DNA of 63,299 nt, the filler included, from Hyphochytrium catenoides (lineage: Eukaryota; Protista; Hyphochytriomycota): NCBI GenBank assembly GCA_900088475.1. It is 3 parts of 3 records of this genome, joined end to end, with 100 filler letters (N's around TTAATTAATTAA, not from the genome) between each part and the next. Parts side by side here need not be neighbours in the genome. Positions count along the whole stretch, not along the records: positions 1 to 28,961 come from FLMG01002281.1; 2 more parts are not named here. One strand, given 5' to 3'. The position numbers and the translations under genes are program-made. The notes beneath the pieces were generated by a model. It was not told the origin of the DNA and searched no databases. It saw only the letters and a program-made list of their open reading frames with translations. Below, piece by piece: positions 1-8,900 of the stretch. The first letter of the stretch is position 1, and every line of letters begins with the position of its first letter.

Positions 1-1963
1 CGGTAGACCCCATCCTTCGTGACAAAAGAGAAAACCTCGCCTGCCGCCTCAGTGATTGCCACTTGAGAAAATCCTTCTACGCAACCCATCACGGTGACCA
101 GCTCGCTCCATTTAAGCTTTCTAAGATGTCATCTATCCTGGGAATCTCATGTGGATAATCCTTTAGCATCTTGTTGATGGTGCTCAGGTCTAGAATAGGT
201 CTATCTCCTCCTGCTGGCTTCCTCACGAGAATGAAAGGTGAATTCCACATTGAGAATTGCGAAGGCTTCACTATCCCTTTCTTGACTAGTTCTCCGACAT
301 GCTCCCTTATCTTCTCTTCCTCTGACTTAGATAGTCGATACTGAGGTGTGTAGACTGGTATTTGCCTGTCAATGTCCACGTCCACTACCATGTCCTTAAA
401 GGTCCCAAGCTTCTCTCCTTCGACCCACATAACGTCCACATACTTTAACAGTTTCGCCCTTAACTGCTTGCGTTGGCTCTCGTCCCTGATGTGGCTGACC
501 TTTGCGTTAATCAGCTCCACCTTTTCCTTAAGGTGTGAAGCTTCTCCTGTTCTTTTTACACGCTTGGGTGATTGCAGCTCCACTTCGTCGTTGTTACTCT
601 CTAGTGTCAAGGTTGAACCTCCATCATGAAGTGCAATCTCCATCCTTACTATGTCATAAATATTAGTTCCTATCAAGATCGGGGGATCAGTGTCCTCCAC
701 CACATGGAACCGTCCTTTAACAAATAGTCCTTCTATACATACGCTCAAGTTGACATAGCCGTATGCTCCAATCGTTGAGTCCGTAGATGCACCGCCAACC
801 TGATGCCTCTTCTCTTCGTACTTTATTCCGTTTTTCTCCAAAAAGACTTTAGATACCAAGGATATTCTAGCTCCCGAATCGAACTCAGCCTTAGCGTAGG
901 CTCCATTGACCAACACGTCGCGTAACAAAATTTGATTTCCCCTGGGTCTTGTTCTTCTCTCTTCAGGTCCTTCCTCTCCAGCAGATGACAAAATTGTGGG
1001 TAATACGGGAAGCGCCTGCTCTGCCCTCAAGGCTTCCCTTCGTCTTTTCCCTGAAGCTCCTCGAGGATTCCCTCCTTGATCTTCTTCACCAACACGTTGC
1101 TGACCTCCTCGAGCTTCTTCGCGGCTACTAGANNNNNNNNNNNNNNNNNNNNNNNNNNNNNNNNNNNNNNNNNNNNNNNNNNNNNCTGGCCTCTCTGCCT
1201 CTTCCACGGCTTCCCCTTGTCTCTCTTCTTATCATAACGAGGTCGCGTAGGGTTTTCTGTTGTGGACGTCTGTCGACCCGGAGCCTTCCCGCTTGAATCC
1301 GCTGTAAACTCCCTGGTGCGTAGGATCACCTTGTACAGCTCATTCCACTCCGTCCATGAACTAGGCTTCCTGAGCTTGTCATCAATGGCTCGTTGCTCAG
1401 TGAGGGATAGAGCATTCTCCATTAGCATGTCTGCCATTTCCTCAAGGCTTAAGGTCCTTTTATACACCTCCTCATAGGCTTTCGCATACTGCTCCACTTG
1501 CTTGACCTTCTTGGCATTCAGATTCTCCCATGCCTCCTGTGACATGTCCGTGGGAAATTCCATGGCGGTAATGCCAGCCTCCATCAGACGAAGCTCCTTC
1601 ATAGATTTGCCATCCCTCGAGAGAGCGTAGACGTCCATTAAGAATTGACGACCGTCAGCGTACGTAGCTCTGACCTTGACGCGCCAATCGCTCCGCATTA
1701 TCCTTAACAGCTCCCACACTTCGATCCTTATCCTTAACAGCTCCCACACTTCGATTGAGAAGAATGTGTAGCTTTTGCTGGTCCCCATATAGGTGACTTT
1801 TCGCTATCCTGTCAAACGTCTGGAAATACTCGCCAATGGTAGGGTTGCTGCGTTTGTCCCCTGTTCTGCCAAACAGCTTAGGAAACTCCTCGAACTGCAA
1901 CTTCCCAACGCCTCTACCATCCAGCGACAAATCCACAATTCTCCTCGCCGCCCTTGTTACCAT
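1..1963 (-). mobile_element. Degenerate Ty3/Gypsy-type LTR retrotransposon (gag - protease - start of RT), running off the left edge of the window
   Basis: Gag-like ORF from ATG 1963, aspartic protease motif (AEFDSGARISLVS...ILIGTN), then RT N-terminus (LVKKGIVKPS..WNSPFILVRK..RPILDL..IN..IPRIDDILESLNGASW). PR directly followed by RT is the Ty3/Gypsy order. Frameshifts at ~1659-1666 and ~96-98. LTR boundaries not resolved; 54-N gap at 1133-1186. Confidence 0.92.
1007..1051 (-). promoter_or_regulatory. -1 programmed ribosomal frameshift signal (gag to pol)
   Basis: Heptamer G GGA AAA (1051-1045) in the gag frame, 6-nt spacer, then hairpin GGGAAGC...GCUUCCC (1038-1007). Pol is in the -1 frame and the gag TGA lies 5 codons after the heptamer. 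Confidence 0.8.
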
Positions 1964-3065
1964 GTACGTTTCTACCCTGTTTGTAGGCTAGATCCGTCTC
2001 TGTCTCCGACTCGGTCTCAATGCTCAACTCCACAACAAAGGTCTCCAGAATCTCTGCTAAATCTCTGTTATCTGCGAAATTGTGAAGTCCCTACCAAACA
2101 GTCTGGCGCCTGTTCGGTAGGTAGGGGGGCAATCACTCCTGACTATCCTAGAGAACTAGGCCGTTAACGTCCTGAAACTATCACAGTGCTACAGAACATT
2201 ATTGATCAGATGAAAGATTGGGCTAGCAATTTTGATTAACTTGATCACTGTTTGCCAGAACTTTTGAGTTTGCAGACATGTTTTGGAAGTGGGGAAAATG
2301 TTACCAACAATAGCCTGCAAAACACATGATGGGCTCTGGACCAATTACAGAGAGGAGAAGTCCCATCACAGCCAATCAGAAAGCTTCCTTCTTTATAAAG
2401 CTAAGATCCGATTGGTGGATCACGGTTATCACACCTCAGATATTTCTTAGGCTCTTTTTCGGTTATCAGATAATAGATCTAACAGCCTTTGATCTATTTA
2501 TCAGAAGAAGAGGAAAATGAAAGTGTCGTTTCGTCCTGAGGAAGATGCGCTAGGAAGAGAGAGGAGAAGAGAGGCTAAAGCTATTGGCAGGAGAGAAAGA
2601 CGCAGTGCGACGTGGAAGAGAGACACGACAGAAGCACGAGTTGAGACCTGGAAGCCTGGAAGAGAGGTCGGACAGGGCAGGGAGGGGAGAGGAGAAGAGA
2701 GCGAGAGTGGGAAATGGGAAAAGAGTAGACAGGCAAAGCGAGGAGAGGGAAGAAAGCAACCTGCCCAGTGAGTGAGGCCAGACGCGCGGTCGAGGGGCAT
2801 CTGTGAGGAGACACAAGCCCCAGGGACCGAGTAAGGACAAACGGCATGCCGGATTAAAAGACAGCGCGTGGAGGACGGGCAAAGAAAGAGCGATAGACAA
2901 GAAGACTGAGATACAGAAAGCAAGGAGGCCTGTTTCCCGCTTATTATACTTCTGGAGGCTCTTGCGGACGCTCGACGGTCCCTAGAGTGCTTCACAACAG
3001 TAGTGCCTCGGCCAGGTCAACTAGGGATCTCCTACCTAGAGAGCTCCGTCGTGAGGAAGTGCAGG

Positions 3066-4249
3066 ATGGGACAGCCACGCTATAGCTCAGCTGTCTCCAA
3101 GGCTTTGGCTCGAATGCGCGTCACTCGGTCCTTCTGGGACAAGAGTCACGCACCCGAAGCAAGAGACGAAGGGACCACAGAGAAAGAGCAGAGGAAAGTG
3201 CCAACGCCAACTCCCTCGTCGCCAGTCTCCCCTGCTGAGGATATATGGCAAGCTATTGCGCAAGGACATGTCCAGGAGGTGATCGATAATCTTTTGCCCT
3301 CTTCCTTTAACCCTTCCATGCCCACGATCCCACAGAACGAATCGCACAGGGTCTTTGCTCTTGGGTTTCGCCATCACACCTTCTCTCTCTCTCTCTCTCT
3401 CTCTCTGTCCCTTTATCTATTCGTTCTCTCTTGCTATCTCTCTCTCTTTGTCCTTTTATCTCTTCTTTCTCTCCTGCTACCTCTCTCTCTCCTCTCTCTT
3501 TTCCTCTCCTCTCTCTCTCTCTGTCTCTTCCTCTCTTTATGGTTCTAGCTATTGGCTCTCATATTTCTCTGCTTATATCTCTAGTGTCCTTTTTTCTTGT
3601 TCCACGGGGACACGCTTAGATATCCTCATTGCATTGCACTTCCCTCTTCCTGTTGCAGGTTCAACGCTTTCTAGAGGGAGGAGATATTGCTTCCGCACTT
3701 AGACAAAGAAACGAAAAGCAGGGCGGGGCCACGCTGCTCCATCTTGCTTGTAGGAGAGGAGACGCTCCCCAAGTTCTGCTGCTCCTTTCATTGGCGCGAA
3801 CGCACTTTGGAGAAGGGGAAGCCAAGGGACTGGTCAACGCACGAGACACAAGTTATCTTCAGTCGACGCCGCTGGCCGAGGTGTTGAGAAGTAGAGCAGG
3901 AGCACCGAGAGAGAGAGAGACAATCATCAAAGAGCTACTGGACATGGGGGCAGACTACAGGCTTAGAGGCTCTACGGTTCTTCATCTGTAAGAAGAGGAA
4001 AAGCTCTGGTTCTATGGCCTTCTGCTTCTCTTATATCTTTTCGCTTCTTGGTCCTAATTGGAAATGGCTAGTTCTATTGTCTTCCTCTTCTCTCCCTTGT
4101 TTGAGGTGCCTCTGCTGTCTCATTGTCCGGGTCCTCTCTTCTTCTTCTTCTCTCTCTCTCTCTTTCTCTCTCTCTCTGTCTCTTTGTGTCTCTCTCTCTC
4201 TGTCTCTCTCTCTCTCTTTGTCTGCCTGTCTCTTTCTCTCTCTCTCTCT

Positions 4250-4280
<31 letters not shown>

Positions 4281-5564
4281 CATCTCACCTTCTCTCTCTC
4301 TCTTTTCTTTCTCAATATTTCTTGCTCTGCCTCTCTTTCGTTTCTCATGTTTCTCTCCCTCTCCATGTGACTGTCCGTGTGTCTTATTTTCTCTCTATTC
4401 TATTTCTCTCTTGCCTCTGCAGAGCCGTTAACAGAGGGCTGGTCTCACCCGTACGACTCCTACTATCTCATCCACACTCAGCATGTCCGGCGCTCGATCT
4501 CAAGGACTGTGCAGGCAGAACGGTGAGGTGCTGACATGAGAGGCGGGGAGCCCCAAGCTTGAACTGACCTCACGGTCTGCTTTCCATGCCTCCCGTCCTT
4601 TTCCCCCTCTCTGCAGCCGCTAGACTTATCGATCCGTCTCTTTGGACCAGACACAGCCCTAAGCCAGTATCTGAAAAAGGCTGAGAAAGAGTTCTCTTTC
4701 CTCTCTCGCGTTCGTCAAGGACAGGCGCTGCGTGTAGCAGAGGCGGAGAAGCGACAGGACAAACTGATAGAGGAATACTTTGAGGTACCCTGAAGAGCTA
4801 TGCCTGCCATTTTTGATTAGCTCTTCCGTTCCTGTCTTTCCAATATCTCATGGCCCTCCTGTCCTCGTAGTACTCTCTCTCCTGTTTTCTCTCATTCTCC
4901 CTGTTTCCCTCTCACTCACTCTCGCGTGCTCGCTAGCTCGCCTTGCTCTTCTCTCTCTCTTTCTCTCTCCTTTTTCTCTCTCTCCATTTTCTCTGCTCTC
5001 CTCAGTGAAGGTCTTACATTGTTTTCCACTTTCTCGCCTACTCCTCGTTTGTCCACAATTTTCCCACGTCTTTTCTCTTTCCTTTCTTTCAATGGCGATC
5101 TTATGTCCCTCTTCTTGCTCTAGACTTTGGAGCAGGCACAGTCTTTCCTAGCTCAAGCGGCAGCGGATTGGTCGCAGCAACATGAGAAGGCACAGGCTGT
5201 ACGGGAAGAGGAGAGAAAGAAGCTTCTCAAGTCTAAGGAGAAAGACTTTGAGAAAGAGTTTGCTCTCTTCTCTTCCTCCAAAGAAGGAAAGCAGTGGGTT
5301 AAGGAAAGGACCACACAGCTCCTTGAGGAAAGAAGAGGAGAGGGGGAAGAGAAGAAGAAGAAGCCCAAAAAGGACGTGGAGAATGCAGCCCGAGCAGAGT
5401 GGATAAAGGAACGAGAAGAAGAGAGACAAAAAGAGGTTGAAGCACTTCTTTCTCTCTCTTCTCCACCTATCACGACCGACCCCGCGTTACAGAGATATAT
5501 GCATCTTCTGGAGACTGAGGAGGATGAGAGTTTGAGGCTTTTCTCTCTTCCTTCCCTTGAGTAG
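3066..5564 (+). CDS. Ankyrin-repeat protein with charged helical C-terminus (5 exons)
   Basis: Spliced via 4 GT-AG introns: IWQAIAQGHVQE|VQRFLEGG, GATLLHLACRRGD, STPL, LLDMGADY..GSTVLHL|AVNRGL..VRLLL, KDCAGRT|PLDL. Stop TAG at 5562-5564. Confidence 0.8.
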
Positions 5565-5912
5565 AAGTAGCGGGGGAGAGACAACAAAAGAGGGAGAGAT
5601 AAGTGGCATAGGGGACAGGAGCGCGAGGAGAACCAAGAGATTAACAGAAAGCCTTTTGCCATCCTCAATGGCCATTGAGCCCTCCTATTCATGACAGATA
5701 CCAGAGAGAGAAGGTCCGGAGCCCACAGAAAGACATAAATGCACCGAGAGAGAGAGAGAGAGGAGAGGAGAGAGAGGGCCGGAGAGAAAAAAGCAACAAA
5801 AAAAGCCAGAAAGAGAAAGGATGCCAATGACAGTTAGACTACGACGAGACTCACAGCATTATGACGTTATTAACCAGCGATCTACACCTGTACAGCACTC
5901 TCTTCCTCTACA

Positions 5913-5947
<35 letters not shown>

Positions 5948-8900
5948 TCAAAGACGAAGAGCTCTCGTACTGATTATCCCAGTGTCTAGAAAGAACTCGG
6001 TACTTGAGGCTTCTCCTTCTTCTTCTTCTTCCACTCCAGCTTCAATCTCTTCGTCTGTCTCTTCAGGAGAGAGATAGTCTTTGCTGGGCCGGCGCAATGC
6101 TCTCCAACTCTCTCTCGCGTCCACCCAGCGATCGTTCTCTGCCTGTTCTCTCTGCTCATCGTCATCGTCATCTTCCTCCTCTTCACTGACAGTGAACGAG
6201 TTCTCTTTTGACTTTCTCTCCTCTTTCTCTCCCTCTTCCGTCCCTTCTTCTGAATCTCTCTCTTTGATGGTTGTAAGGGTAGGGGAGATGTCGTCCGGGA
6301 GCGTTGAGGAAGACTCCTCAAGAGAGAGAGAAATGTCGTCCATGTCGTACCACGTCTCTACCTGAAAAGTATGTGTCATGTCCTCTGAAGAGAGATGAGG
6401 TCTTCTCCCGCCACTCAGAGGAGAGAGAGGAGGCAAGCTCTCTCCCTCTCCCCCGTCAATTTCCTCCTCTGCTGCCGGCTTAAAGCCTAAAGAGGAAGAG
6501 ACGCCCTTGTACATGTACAAGGCAGGCATAGGAGAAGACAAAGGACGTGGAGGAGGTGTCTTCACCGTCAAAGAGCCTATCGCGGTCTGTGCACTAACAT
6601 CTTCCTGCTTCCCAGGAAGAGAGAGAGACGTCCTTGTCTTTCTCTCTCTCTCGTAATCTGCGTCGCTGCCTTCAAGAATATGTTCCTCTTCGGCCCCTTG
6701 AGAGATCAGCTGGTGGGAAAAGTGAGAGGAAGAGGAAGGAGGAACCATCGCTGGGAGTACACCTCGAGTTTCTCCTTCTTTTCTTTGGCCCTTTGCTGGG
6801 AGAAGAGCGTAGCCGTAGAGTGGACATACAAAGCCTAATGCTTTTTCTACCCCTTCATAGACAGGCCGAGAGAGCCAGGTGGCAGTACCAGCTAGTGCAT
6901 CTATTTTCTTTGCTTCTTCTCTCTCTTTCTTGAAGAGAGGGATCGAATAGCCGAGTGCATCTTCCACTCCCAGGTACATTGAACGGCAGAGAGGGGTGGT
7001 GGGCCCTTCCTTCTCCTCTCCTGCTATGGAAGGACGGGAAGAGAGAGCGGAAGGAGAGCTCAGAGGCTTCTCCTGCCTAGGATACATGGGACGGGCTGGG
7101 GTGGAGCTCTTATCTGTCTGAGAAGGAGGAAAGAGAGGGATGGAGAAGCCTAAGGCTTGCTCCACTCCTGCGTACATGGGAAGAGAGGAAACGAGAGGAT
7201 GAGAAGGGCTGCAGGCATTCTGCCTCTCCTTCTGCCTCTCTTCCACCTTCTCCCCGCTTCTCGGGCGTTTGTATCCAAGAGCTTCGTAGACGGAAGGGTA
7301 CATGGGGAGAGAGGAGCGCACGGAAGTAGGAGCAGCATGATTCTCTCTCTTCTCAAATTCCGCTCCAGCGAAGAAGCCGAGTGCCTTAAAGACTCCAGGG
7401 TACATGGCCATGCAGTTCCCTGCTTTCTCCCCACCTGCGGGCGCGGCTCTCATCTCTTCTTTTCCCGCAAGTGGCTCTTTGCTTCCTAGCACTTCACCAC
7501 GTTTCTGTTTCTCTGAATGAGCTTCTTCGATAACTGCCGCCTCCATCTCAGGCTCCTCGGTAGAGGCTTCCAGGGAGTTATCAGTGTACCTTCTTTCTCT
7601 GTCCTGTTCGTCTTCTTCTGGTGCTGCGCGAAGCTGAAATCCGAGAGCGCGAAAGACCCTTGGATACATAGACTTCGTACTGGATGGAGAAGAGCTTATG
7701 TCTTCTTTCTCTTGGTGGACGCGTCTCTCTTTGTTAGTGGCTCTGGCCCTGTATCTTAAAGACTTAAAGACTCCAGGGTACATGGAAGCTTGTTCCCTAG
7801 CCAAGCTCTCGCACTCTTCCTCAAGGTTGGCGGAGAGGTTAGACGGTGGAGAGGTCTGCAGAGGAAGAGAAATAGGCTGAGATATTGAAGAGAGAGAAGG
7901 ACCGTCGTGGGCGAGGATGAGCGTTGCTTTGTCCCCCAATCCTAAAGCCTTGGTCAGGATGGAGATGTACATGGAACTCAGGGGGTCGTGCACAGCAGAA
8001 GCAGAAGTGGAAGGAGGAGATACTTTGCAAAGAGAAGAAGCGGACTCCATCCCAGGAGAGAAAGAGGGAGAAGAAATGGAATCAAAGGGAGAAGAAGAAG
8101 AAGCGTCAGCGGAAGCACAAGAGGAGCGAAAAGAGTAAGAGAAACCGAGTGCGTTGGCCACTCCAGGGTACATTGTCTCCTCGGAGGCCGCAAGGAGCTG
8201 TCCAGATGGGGAGAGAAGAGAGAGAGAGGGACGAAAAGGGCAGGCTCCGCTGTCGGAAGGAGGAGGATAGTTGAAGCCCAGAGCTGCCCTTACACCAGGG
8301 TACATAGAGGCAGATGCAGTGGCAATTTCTCCGCCAGACAAAGAAATACCTCTTCCCTGTTCCATTGGCAGTTCTTTTCCTAGTTCTTCTTCAGCTCTCA
8401 ACGCCTTCTCGCTCTGTGTCTTTCTCTCCTCTCTATCTCTCGCAGACGGTGTAATGGAGGAGAAGCCAAGAGAGCAAGCAACGCCTGGGTACATGTACCT
8501 TGAGTTCACACTTCCGCAAAAGAGAAGAGCGCCGCATCCTTTTCTCTCTTGTCCTGCCTCTTGCGGTAGATACTCTGCCGCTTCCTCTCCCTTCTCCTCC
8601 ACTTCCTCATCAATAATACGGATGCTCCGCCTCACCATGGCTATGGGCTGGGAGCTCGAGAGAGCATCAGATGGTCCATCAGCAACAGAGTAGCCATAGG
8701 CACTCATCGTCCCACAGACGATTCCGATCACCACATCGTCCGTTTCAATAGTAGGAGACGGAGGGATGTTCTCTTGATCTGGATCCTCCGCACTTTCCTT
8801 GTTGCTAGAGCAATCTCCCTCCTTGGACGTCCACCCCAGGCTCAGTGCCACACCTTCATACATATACCGGGCGCTGATCACGCCACGAAGATGGTGGAGG

